A DNA stretch of 64,000 nt, from NCBI GenBank assembly GCA_022790575.1, contig JAAVXM010000025.1, positions 410 to 64,409 of the forward strand, given 5' to 3'. Within the stretch, counting starts at the first letter, position 1, and each line of letters starts with the position of its first letter. Below, in pieces: positions 29,547 through 38,109 of this stretch. Source of the stretch: Clostridia bacterium. GTDB lineage: Bacteria; Bacillota; Clostridia; TANB77; CAG-508. The position numbers and the translations under genes are program-made. The notes below the pieces were generated by a model that was not told the DNA's origin, searched no databases, and saw nothing but the letters and a program-made list of their open reading frames with translations.

Positions 29547-29570
29547 ATAGGATATCCCCAATTTCTAGTG

Positions 29571-30614
29571 CTAGAATTGGTGTAAATAGTCTTGGGTACG
29601 TTCTTTAATGCGATAGGGAAGACTCTTCCAATTTGCCTTAAGGGTCTGTATGATATCTTTAGAAGTGGTTTGCATCTCATCATAGAATTGATACTTTCTC
29701 CAGTTCCAACGCTCACCAGGAATATGATATTCATCGGCTAAAAGCTGCCGAATATATTGCCTAGGTATATAGGTCTTAGAACTATCCGAGATAAGCCAAT
29801 TGTTACCTTCTTGTTGAATAAGCAAGTAAGAATTCTGAGCATACTTTGATAAGTCCTGTGTTGAGGCCTTTCTAAAGATAAAACCAGACTTTTTCCTGAT
29901 TGTTTCTGCAGTCATATTACTAGGAGCAATATGAACATGTGCATGGACAAGAGAGTCCTTAGCTTTACCCTTCCCTGAGTCACCTGTTCCATTCTCCCAA
30001 ACCAATAATTTTTCATATCCATATGTGACATGAAGAATATAACGAATGTCTTCAATGATAGTTAACATTTCAGCTTGAACAGAAGGTGCCAACATTGCAG
30101 TAGATGTGACATGTTGAAATGGAACAACTAGCAAATAGCCAGGTACAAATTGCCCAATATCAGCATATACAAAAAAGTGTTCACTACTATAAAGTGTAAA
30201 CTGTCTATATTTGTTTTTACCAGCAAGATATTGGCAATAGTTACAATGGCTAATTTGTTGTAGCACATTATAACCAGAATCATTGGTTTTATGGTCTCCA
30301 ATATCACAGTTGCATTTGTTTGCAATTTGCTCAAATTGAGCAGCGATGTCTCCATTTGCAATATTAATGGTAAACTCTTTTGATGGAGTTGATTTCTCAT
30401 TAATAATACCAATGACACATGTGGGAGTGAAATTGTTTGGGGGTATTATGCCACAAACTACACTCTTGTTGTGAAGGAATTCTTCAGAAATGGCCCGCTC
30501 AGATACATGTTCATTTTTCAGAACAACTGTGCCTTTGAACTGGATTTCACCTAGAGCATGTTGAATATCATAGGCATGTCCAGTTAAGACAAAAATATTC
30601 CGAGTCTTTTTCAT
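29571..30614 (-). CDS. HIT (histidine triad) superfamily protein with unknown ~130-aa N-terminal domain and C-terminal extension
   Basis: HAHVHIAP is an HxHxHxx triad. It is preceded by CNYCQY and VPGYLLVVPFQH, typical of the HIT/GalT-like fold. The N-terminal 130 aa and C-terminal 100 aa are unassigned. The gene is visibly GC-richer than its neighbours. ATG at 30614 preferred over the GTG at 30623. Confidence 0.65.
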   Translation of the reverse strand: MKKTRNIFVLTGHAYDIQHALGEIQFKGTVVLKNEHVSERAISEEFLHNKSVVCGIIPPNNFTPTCVIGIINEKSTPSKEFTINIANGDIAAQFEQIANKCNCDIGDHKTNDSGYNVLQQISHCNYCQYLAGKNKYRQFTLYSSEHFFVYADIGQFVPGYLLVVPFQHVTSTAMLAPSVQAEMLTIIEDIRYILHVTYGYEKLLVWENGTGDSGKGKAKDSLVHAHVHIAPSNMTAETIRKKSGFIFRKASTQDLSKYAQNSYLLIQQEGNNWLISDSSKTYIPRQYIRQLLADEYHIPGERWNWRKYQFYDEMQTTSKDIIQTLKANWKSLPYRIKERTQDYLHQF

Positions 30615-30705
30615 AACACACACTATCCTTTCTAATTTATTTGCCTAAAGCAGATTGCGAAGATTATATCATATTTTTGTCGAAAAATCAATTATAAATG
30701 TAACT

Positions 30706-30740
30706 AAAAAAATCTGAATTATTCACATTCAGATTTTTTT
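30706..30740. terminator. bidirectional intrinsic terminator between deoD and the HIT gene
   Basis: A-run, atctgaat / attcagat stem, then T-run. Confidence 0.6.
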
Positions 30741-30751
30741 ATCAATGTTAT

Positions 30752-31477
30752 TTAATTAATATTCAAGCTACTATCAAGAGCAAGTCTAATCATATTATTA
30801 AGACCAGTTTGGCGTTCCTCAGCAGTTGCAACATGTTCAACAAATTCTGAATCAACAACACTCATCAAACAAGTTGCATTTTTGTTAAAGAACTTGGCAA
30901 TATAGAAAAGGGCAAAAGCCTCCATTTCTGCTGCAATTGGGTTAAAATTTTCAGGAACTCTAGCTAAAAACTGAGAAATATCTGTTAGATAAACATCAAA
31001 ACAATCCATACAGATAGTATTGCCAACAAAAAGATTAGTATTTGTAGAAGAAGCAGTATTTTCTATAATTTCATTTAATATTGAACTACTATCTGCAATG
31101 TGACAAATATCATTATTAAATGTAAGGGCAAAATTACTTTCAGAAAAAGTACTTTTCGAAAGAATAATATCAAATAATTTTAATTTAGGGTCATAGGCTC
31201 CACAAGAACCTATTCTAATAATATTTTGTACATCATAAAATTTAAATAACTCATATGCATAGATTCCCATACTTGGTATCCCCATACCAGAAGCCATAAT
31301 AGTAATATCTTTTCCTTGATATTTACCAGTATAAGCATACATACCTCTAACTGAGTTTACTAATCTGTAATTGTCTAAAAAGTTTTCTGCAATATATTGT
31401 GCTCTAAGTGGGTCACCTGGCATTATGACTGTTTTTGCAATATCTCCTAATTTTGCTTCATTATGTGGTGTAGACAT
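30752..31477 (-). CDS. deoD: purine nucleoside phosphorylase, DeoD type
   Basis: MSTPHNEAKLGDIAKTVIMPGDPLRAQYIAENFL...GMGIPSMGIY...IRIGSCGA is collinear with E. coli DeoD. Confidence 0.9.
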   Translation of the reverse strand: MSTPHNEAKLGDIAKTVIMPGDPLRAQYIAENFLDNYRLVNSVRGMYAYTGKYQGKDITIMASGMGIPSMGIYAYELFKFYDVQNIIRIGSCGAYDPKLKLFDIILSKSTFSESNFALTFNNDICHIADSSSILNEIIENTASSTNTNLFVGNTICMDCFDVYLTDISQFLARVPENFNPIAAEMEAFALFYIAKFFNKNATCLMSVVDSEFVEHVATAEERQTGLNNMIRLALDSSLNIN

Positions 31478-31544
31478 AAAACAACCTCCTTTATTAATAT
31501 TATAGGCATTATAGCAATAAAATATTTAAATTTCAATAGCATAT

Positions 31545-31573
31545 AAAAGTGGATTCATTTTGAATCCACTTTT
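31545..31573. terminator. bidirectional intrinsic terminator
   Basis: aaaagtggattca / tgaatccactttt. Confidence 0.55.
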
Positions 31574-31616
31574 ATAGTATATTAATTGGTTATAATAACT
31601 AATCAATATAGGAGAT

Positions 31617-31817
31617 TTAAATTTTTTCAACAATGCTATGGTCTCTTTTCCAACGTGCTCCGCTATGAAATGGCTTATTAGCACGTGCAAACAAGATGCT
31701 CTGAGCTTTTAGAGCTGCTGGTGTTGCACATCCTTTTCGTGGACCATTCTTTATCTTTTTCAAAGAAAGGGCCCGAAGTTCTTCATCACTCATCAAATAT
31801 AATTCTGATTTTTGCAT
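31617..31817 (-). CDS. 66-aa basic hypothetical protein (GC-richer islet)
   Basis: ORF-track peptide MQKSELYLMSDEELRALSLKKIKNGPRKG.... It has its own terminator. No family recognised. Confidence 0.4.
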   Translation of the reverse strand: MQKSELYLMSDEELRALSLKKIKNGPRKGCATPAALKAQSILFARANKPFHSGARWKRDHSIVEKI

Positions 31818-32199
31818 ATTTAATCACATTCCTTTCTCAAGACACAAGTTAGTTGGAAAAATTGTAATTATTTTTCAACCTTATTCTCCATTTCTACAAG
31901 AATCTAACAATATTATATCAAAAATTTTTACGAAAAGTCAAATTATGTAAAATAATCTGATGCTATAATACTCATAATATATAATAAACTTATACTTTAC
32001 ATTTTATAACTTATATGATATATTATAGAAAAATTAGAAAGACGATAAATTAATTCACAAAAAAATCACACAAAAGAAGAAAAATGGTAACAAACTACAT
32101 ATAAAATTCTATTGTAAAATATCAATGGGGAACTGAGCCCATAGAGGTTTATAGGCAGTACCTTAAAAAGCCTAAATATAAAATAACAAGGAAGTATAT

Positions 32200-32847
32200 A
32201 TGAGAAAAAATGATTTAGCCATTATTGAAAATTTTTTAGAAAATAAGGATGAAGCACTAGATATAAAAGAAGAACCCTTTGAAAAGCTAATGTTTTTCTA
32301 TAATTCAGCATTAAGTCAATTAGAAACGCAACTAAATATAATCAAAAATGAATTTCAAATAATGTACAATTATGACTTAATAGACCATATCAACTCAAGA
32401 ATAAAAGAGCCAAAAAGTATAATAAAGAAAATGGAAAAAAAGAAATGTGAAAAAACATATTTAAACTTAATAGAAAAAATAAATGATGTAGCAGGAATAA
32501 GGGTGGTATGTACACTAAAAGATGATATATTCCTTATAAAAGACTTAATAAAACAATTGCCAGATATACATATTTTAAGAGAAAAAGACTATGTAACAAA
32601 TCCTAAGAAGAGTGGATATTCAAGTTATCATATTATAGTAGAAATACCAGTAAAGCTAACCCAGAAAACAATATATGTAAAATGTGAAATCCAAATAAGA
32701 ACACTTGCAATGGACTTTTGGTCAAGTTTTGAACATAAGGTAAAATATAAAAACAAAGATGTAGATAAAAAGATTTCAAAAGAGTTAGTAGCATATGCAA
32801 AAGTAGTAAACAAATTTGATAACAGGATGATTTCAATAAAAAAATGA
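32200..32847 (+). CDS. small alarmone synthetase (RelQ/RelP-type GTP pyrophosphokinase)
   Basis: RelA_SpoT synthetase core: GIRVVC, SGYSSYHIIV, EIQIRTLAMDFWSSFEHKVKYK. Confidence 0.85.
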   Translation: MRKNDLAIIENFLENKDEALDIKEEPFEKLMFFYNSALSQLETQLNIIKNEFQIMYNYDLIDHINSRIKEPKSIIKKMEKKKCEKTYLNLIEKINDVAGIRVVCTLKDDIFLIKDLIKQLPDIHILREKDYVTNPKKSGYSSYHIIVEIPVKLTQKTIYVKCEIQIRTLAMDFWSSFEHKVKYKNKDVDKKISKELVAYAKVVNKFDNRMISIKK

Positions 32848-33059
32848 AAAGAAGAAGGTAAAGTGTAATGCTTTGCCTTTTTTTGCCATTACTTAAAACA
32901 TAATAGATAAAATATTATATATCAACATTTAGCATTTATTGTTTAAGTAGTTAATTTATATATGTAAAATTTTATCAATTGCTAGACTTTTTTATATTTA
33001 TATGATATCATATAATATGTAGAATAATTAGTTATAAACGTTTTATGGAGGTGAAGAAA

Positions 33060-33170
33060 ATGGATGAAGGGTCGAAAAAAAGCTCTAAAACAAATATAGA
33101 TAAGAATATAGAACAAAACGATGGAGATAACCTCTTCATTCATTTTTTGTTGAAATAAATATTCTTATCC
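33060..33170 (+). promoter_or_regulatory. structured leader upstream of mgtE (terminator/antiterminator-like alternative pairings; M-box identity not established)
   Basis: atggatgaaggg (33060-33071) can pair with cctcttcattcat (33131-33143), which is followed by T6 (33144-33149). A perfect 11-nt inverted repeat gataagaatat (33099-33109) / atattcttatc (33159-33169) spans the T-run. Confidence 0.3.
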
Positions 33171-33195
33171 ATTTCTAAAATAGGGGGAAGAGGAA

Positions 33196-34536
33196 ATGGA
33201 AATAGAAATAAAAGAAATACAAGAACTAATAAACAAGAGAGAGTTTAACAAGCTAAAAGTCAAGTTAAATGAGGTAAATGAAGCTGATATACCTGCATTA
33301 CTAGAAGAACTAGACAAAGAAAATGTAGTAAAAGTATTTAGGCTATTATCAAAAGAGTTAGCAGGAGAAGCATTCTCTTATATGGAAGCAGATATGAGAG
33401 AGAAATTAGTGCAAAGTCTAACAGATGCAGAATTAAAAAACGTTATGGATGAGTTATTTATGGACGATACTGTAGACTTAATAGAAGAAATGCCATCAAA
33501 CATTGTACCTAGGTTATTAAGAGTAGTAAATAAAAAAGACAGAAAGATAATAAATGACTTATTAAAATATCCAGAAGACAGTGCTGGAAGTATCATGACA
33601 ACAGAATTTGTAGACTTAAGAGAAGATATGACAATTGCACAAGCATTGCAAAGAATAAGAGATATAGGTGTTGATTCAGAAACAATATATACATGTTATG
33701 TATTAAGTAACAATAGAGTATTAATGGGAATAGTAAATATAAAAGAAATATTAATATCAAAAGAAGACACACTTATAAAAGACTTAATGGAAACAAATAT
33801 TATATCAGTAAATACAATAGAAGACCAAGAAGAAGTAACAAAATTATTTGACAAATATGATTATTATGCATTACCAGTAGTAGATACTGAAAATAGACTA
33901 GTAGGAATAATAACAATGGATGATGCCATTAACGTTTTACAAGATGAAGTATCAGAAGACTTTGAAAAGATGGCAGCTATTACGCCAAATGAAGAAAGTT
34001 ATTTTAAAACATCTGTATTTCAGCATGCAAAAAGCAGAATAATATGGCTATTAGTATTAATGTTATCAGCAGCAGTAACTGGAGGAATAATAACAGAATA
34101 TGAACAAGCATTTGCAGCAATTCCATTACTTGTAGCATTTATACCAATGATAATGGGAACTGGAGGAAACTGTGGTTCTCAAAGTTCTACATTAATAATA
34201 CGTGGTCTTGCTACAGATGAAATAGAGCCACGTGATATTTTCAAAGCATTATGGAAAGAATTTAGAGTTGCACTATTAGTTGGTGTTGTACTTGCAGTGG
34301 TAAATGGTATAAGAACTGTATTGCAATACCAAGATTTCCAATTAGCAATTATTGTAGGATTAACCTTAATTGCAACAGTTATACTTGCAAAAGCCTTAGG
34401 ATGTTTGCTACCATTATTAGCCAAAAAGCTTAAACTAGACCCAGCTATTATGGCGGCACCACTTATTACAACATTAGTAGATGTTTTTTCAATATTAGTT
34501 TATTTCCAAATAGCAACAGCGCTTATGGGATTATAA
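33196..34536 (+). CDS. mgtE: magnesium transporter MgtE
   Basis: MgtE N-domain, CBS pair, and C-terminal TM domain with GGNCGSQSS and PLITTLVD motifs. Confidence 0.9.
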   Translation: MEIEIKEIQELINKREFNKLKVKLNEVNEADIPALLEELDKENVVKVFRLLSKELAGEAFSYMEADMREKLVQSLTDAELKNVMDELFMDDTVDLIEEMPSNIVPRLLRVVNKKDRKIINDLLKYPEDSAGSIMTTEFVDLREDMTIAQALQRIRDIGVDSETIYTCYVLSNNRVLMGIVNIKEILISKEDTLIKDLMETNIISVNTIEDQEEVTKLFDKYDYYALPVVDTENRLVGIITMDDAINVLQDEVSEDFEKMAAITPNEESYFKTSVFQHAKSRIIWLLVLMLSAAVTGGIITEYEQAFAAIPLLVAFIPMIMGTGGNCGSQSSTLIIRGLATDEIEPRDIFKALWKEFRVALLVGVVLAVVNGIRTVLQYQDFQLAIIVGLTLIATVILAKALGCLLPLLAKKLKLDPAIMAAPLITTLVDVFSILVYFQIATALMGL

Positions 34537-34544
34537 AGTTTAAA

Positions 34545-34577
34545 GCATTTCTAACAGTTAAGTTAGAGATGTTTTTT
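34545..34577 (+). terminator. intrinsic terminator after mgtE
   Basis: gcatttctaac / gttagagatgt stem followed by a T-run. Confidence 0.55.
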
Positions 34578-34633
34578 ATTTTCTAAATTTCATGCTAAGT
34601 TTGGAGGTCCTATTGTAAAATCCATGTGAATTA

Positions 34634-34662
34634 TTGACTTTTATGTAAAGTCGTAATATAAT
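34634..34662 (+). promoter_or_regulatory. consensus-like sigma-A promoter in front of the disrupted GC-richer ORF
   Basis: TTGACT (34634-34639), 17 nt spacer, TATAAT (34657-34662). Confidence 0.45.
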
Positions 34663-34797
34663 ATTTGTGGTATTTCATGTGCTTATATCAAAGGCAAATT
34701 GACTTTGGTAGCCTAAAGTGTATATGCACAAATACACACTTAAGAAAGGAGTTTAACCTTAGTAACTAAATAGTATTAAATAAGGGAGGGGAATTTT

Positions 34798-35129
34798 ATG
34801 AATCCCGAGCTTATAAACCTTAGCCCCACAGAATATTTATGCCCTTTTTGTGGTGAATGGCATAAATATAGGTGTTGGAAGGCAAAAAGTATTCTAAAGA
34901 AAGTGATAAGGGCAAAAAGGCCAGTATGCCTGTGGATGCTTTTGTTGAACAGGCAAAGGTAATTGTGAAAAAGCTTATCCCTACTGCCTATACGACTCTC
35001 ATCACTCTTCTGGTTTCCAAAAAAATCCTGGATTCTGAAGATTTTATTGATTTTTCTGAAGAGACAGAGGAGTATGTAGCAGAAATGTACAAAAATACAG
35101 TTCCTTATGATAAAGTTACTGAAGAATAA
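34798..35129 (+). pseudogene. small foreign-looking ORF split over two frames (possible frameshifted gene remnant)
   Basis: ATG 34798 behind GGGAGGGG gives MNPELINLSPTEYLCPFCGEWHKYR... in frame 1. A TAG at 34869-34871 lies just before the frame-3 ORF 34872-35129 (MLEGKKYSKESDKGKK...VTEE). The segment is GC-richer than its flanks. Confidence 0.35.
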
Positions 35130-35138
35130 GGTTAACTC

Positions 35139-35296
35139 TATCCCCCTTAAGGTATTTACCTTGGGGGGGATATGAAATATATTAAAAAGACAAATATCCA
35201 AAATAAGGGAATATACTCATTTGAGTATATCCCTTTATATATGAAATATATTAAAAGGTAGTAGTATTTTAATAATATTACTACTGTTATTTTTTT
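35139..35296 (+). repeat. three consecutive hairpins with an 18-nt direct repeat
   Basis: Hairpin 1 at 35139-35172 (15 bp including 2 GU pairs). Hairpin 2 at 35205-35235. Hairpin 3 at 35258-35284 plus a T-run ending 35296 (terminator-like). atatgaaatatattaaaa occurs at 35170-35187 and 35239-35256. Confidence 0.7.
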
Positions 35297-35362
35297 CAAA
35301 AGTCACAAAATATAAAAGTGAACATAAAATATACTATGATAATTAACATTGGAGGGATATTC

Positions 35363-36118
35363 ATGAAAAAAATACTTGAAGTAAAAGATATTTGTAAAAC
35401 TTATCAAGCAGAAAATGGTGAAATACAGGCACTAAAAGACATTAGTTTTGAAGTAAAAGATGGAGAATTTATTAGTATAATAGGACCAAGTGGTTGTGGA
35501 AAATCTACTCTATTATCAATTATTTCTGGTCTTGAAGGCAAAACATCTGGAGAAACATACATAGATGGAAAACTAGGATATATGTTGCAAAAAGATAATT
35601 TATTAGAATGGAGAACCATATACAAAAATGTTTTACTAGGGCTTGAAATACAAAAAAACTGTACACAAGAAAACAAAGAATATGTAATAGATTTACTAAA
35701 AAAATATGGTTTATATGAATTTAAAGACAAATATCCAATGCAATTGTCAGGGGGTATGAGACAAAGAGTTGCACTAATTCGTACACTTGCAATAAGACCT
35801 AATATTTTGTTATTAGATGAAGCTTTTTCAGCTTTAGATTATCAAACTAGGTTAATGGTTACAGAAGACATATATAAAATACTTAAAAACGAAAATATTA
35901 CTGCTTTAATGGTAACTCATGATATATCAGAAGCAATAAGTATGTCTGACAGGGTAGTAGTACTATCAAAAAGACCTGCCACAGTAAAGAAGATATACAA
36001 TATAGACTTTGAAATGGAAAATAGGACGCCATTAAATTGTAGAGAAAAACCAGAATTCAGCAAATATTTTAATATAATGTGGAAGGAGTTAGAGGAACAT
36101 GAAGAAAAAGAAGGATGA
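35363..36118 (+). CDS. ABC transporter ATP-binding protein (NitT/TauT family)
   Basis: Walker A GPSGCGKST, signature LSGGMRQR, Walker B LLLDEAFSALD. ATG 35363 lies behind GGAGGG. Confidence 0.85.
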   Translation: MKKILEVKDICKTYQAENGEIQALKDISFEVKDGEFISIIGPSGCGKSTLLSIISGLEGKTSGETYIDGKLGYMLQKDNLLEWRTIYKNVLLGLEIQKNCTQENKEYVIDLLKKYGLYEFKDKYPMQLSGGMRQRVALIRTLAIRPNILLLDEAFSALDYQTRLMVTEDIYKILKNENITALMVTHDISEAISMSDRVVVLSKRPATVKKIYNIDFEMENRTPLNCREKPEFSKYFNIMWKELEEHEEKEG

Positions 36119-36902
36119 GATACTTTCAGAAGGTAGAAAACAATACCTAAGAAAAACAAAACTCAGAAAATTCGAAATATTAGCTACACAAATATGCATA
36201 GTAATAGCATTTATATTGCTATGGGAGTTTCTTGCAAACACAGGGAAGATTGATAGTTTTATAACAAGCCAGCCATCAAGAATACTAAAAACATTTTTGA
36301 ATTTATCTTCAAATGATTTATTAATGCATTTGAAAATTACATGTACAGAAACAATTATAGGATTTGTATCAGGAACAATATTAGGTGTAATAATAGCAAT
36401 AATATTATGGTGGTCATCTTTCATCTCAAAAGTTTCAGAACCATTTTTAGTAGTATTAAATAGCCTTCCTAAAATTGCATTAGGACCAGTAATAATTATA
36501 TGGGTAGGAGCAGGAATGCCTGCAATAATTGTTATGGCATTATCAATTTCATTAATAGTAACCATTTTAGAAATACTAAATGGATTTTTACACACAGATA
36601 AAGAAAAAATCAAAATGGCACAAACATTTAATGCAAATAAATTCCAAACACTAACTAAAATAGTTATACCATCAAATATAGCAACATTTTTCAATACATT
36701 AAAAGTAAATATTGGATTATCTTTAGTAGGTGTAATAACTGGTGAGTTTTTAGTATCTAAAGGAGGACTAGGATATTTAATAGTATATGGTGGTCAGGTA
36801 TTTCAACTTGATTTAGTAATGACAAGTGTAATTATTCTTGCAATTGTTGCAGCTTTAATGTACGAAAGCATAGTTTTATTAGAAAAAAGATTTGTAAAAT
36901 AA
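36099..36902 (+). CDS. ABC transporter permease (NitT/TauT family)
   Basis: Six predicted TM segments. The start overlaps the end of the ATPase gene. Confidence 0.8.
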   Translation: MKKKKDEILSEGRKQYLRKTKLRKFEILATQICIVIAFILLWEFLANTGKIDSFITSQPSRILKTFLNLSSNDLLMHLKITCTETIIGFVSGTILGVIIAIILWWSSFISKVSEPFLVVLNSLPKIALGPVIIIWVGAGMPAIIVMALSISLIVTILEILNGFLHTDKEKIKMAQTFNANKFQTLTKIVIPSNIATFFNTLKVNIGLSLVGVITGEFLVSKGGLGYLIVYGGQVFQLDLVMTSVIILAIVAALMYESIVLLEKRFVK

Positions 36903-36913
36903 TAGGGGGATTT

Positions 36914-37945
36914 ATGAAAAAGATATTAACAAGTTTAATTATTATAGCAATTATAGCTATAGCGATTTTTACAATTTTTAGTATAACTACTAATAACAAA
37001 AACAATGATAATAATAATGTAGAAACAGCAGAATTACAAAAGATACAATTAAATGAAGTAACAAGGTCTGTATTTTATGCACCACAATATGTTGCCATTT
37101 CTAATGGTTTCTTTGAAGAAGAGGGGCTTGAACTAGAGATAACAACAGGTCAAGGCGCAGATAAAGTTATGACTGCATTACTTTCAGGTCAAAGTGACAT
37201 AGGTTTATGTGGACCAGAAGCAGCAATATATGTATATAATGAAGGAAAAGAAGATTATGTAGAAGTTTTTGGTCAATTGACACAAAAAGATGGTTCATTT
37301 TTAGTAAGTAAAGACCCAACAGACAATTTCTCATGGAAAGACCTAGTTGGAAAAACAGTAATACCTGGTAGAAAAGGAGGAGTTCCATACATGACATTTG
37401 AATATGTTCTTAAACAAAATGGAATAAATCCTAAGACAGATTTAGTTTTAGATGATAGTATACAATTTGACTTAATGGCAGGAGCATTTTCTGGTGGAAA
37501 TGCAGAATATGTTACACTATTTGAGCCAACCGCTTCTATGACACAAGATGCTAAAAAAGGTTATGTAGTTGCTTCTGTAGGAGAAGCTGCTGGTGAAGTT
37601 CCATATACTGCATATTGTGCTAAAAAGAGTTATATTGCAGAAAACGAAAAAACTATAGAAAGTTTTGCAAGAGCAATATATAAAGGAGAACAATGGGTAA
37701 AAAATCATTCAGCAAAAGAAATAGCTGAAAAAATCCAAAGTTTCTTCCCAAATACTTCATTAGAATCATTAGAAACTTCAGTTCAAAAATATAAAGATAT
37801 AGATGCATGGAAAGAAAATCCTATATTAAAAGAAGAAGCATTTAATAAGCTACAAGAAATAATGACAGAAGCAGGAGAATTAGATACTAAAGCTCCATAT
37901 AACAAAGTTGTAAACAATACTTATGCAGAAAAAGTAAGTAAATAA
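36914..37945 (+). CDS. ABC transporter substrate-binding protein (NMT1/THI5-like)
   Basis: Signal anchor, then SVFYAPQYVAISNGFFEEEGL..., typical of the NMT1/SsuA-like fold. Third gene of the operon. Confidence 0.75.
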   Translation: MKKILTSLIIIAIIAIAIFTIFSITTNNKNNDNNNVETAELQKIQLNEVTRSVFYAPQYVAISNGFFEEEGLELEITTGQGADKVMTALLSGQSDIGLCGPEAAIYVYNEGKEDYVEVFGQLTQKDGSFLVSKDPTDNFSWKDLVGKTVIPGRKGGVPYMTFEYVLKQNGINPKTDLVLDDSIQFDLMAGAFSGGNAEYVTLFEPTASMTQDAKKGYVVASVGEAAGEVPYTAYCAKKSYIAENEKTIESFARAIYKGEQWVKNHSAKEIAEKIQSFFPNTSLESLETSVQKYKDIDAWKENPILKEEAFNKLQEIMTEAGELDTKAPYNKVVNNTYAEKVSK

Positions 37946-37995
37946 AATCATTATTTCATAAAATTGGGTAGACATATAAGAATATATGTAATATA

Positions 37996-38035
37996 ATAAC
38001 ATCTAGTATTGAATACTAGATGTTATTATTTTTTA
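37996..38035 (+). terminator. intrinsic terminator of the ABC operon
   Basis: ataacatctagtatt / aatactagatgttat stem followed by a T-run. Confidence 0.65.
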
Positions 38036-38109
38036 GTCTAAAAAAAATAATATAGGGAATTATAATAAAAAATGATAAGTTTTATATAATTAATTTAATG
38101 GAGGTTTGT

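Noticed and set aside
29571-31477. HIT protein + DeoD as a two-gene nucleotide-depletion defence module (by analogy with PNP-type ATP nucleosidase effectors)
   Set aside because: The PNP here is collinear with housekeeping E. coli DeoD over its whole length. The two genes are separated by a bidirectional terminator and differ in composition, so co-function is not supported. The HIT gene is kept as a separate orphan finding.
32100-32199. Possible riboswitch or T-box-like element upstream of the small alarmone synthetase (ggggaactgagccc ... taggcagtaccttaaaaagccta)
   Set aside because: It has only a loose resemblance to the T-box GGTGGTACC core. There is no terminator with a U-run, no specifier or Stem I features, and no match to riboswitch cores I know. 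The support is insufficient.
34776-35201. 141-aa minus-strand ORF covering the GC-richer segment
   Set aside because: There is no RBS. The peptide is low-complexity and hydrophobic. It lies antisense to the plus-strand ORFs, which have a promoter, an RBS and a terminator. It is probably a shadow ORF.
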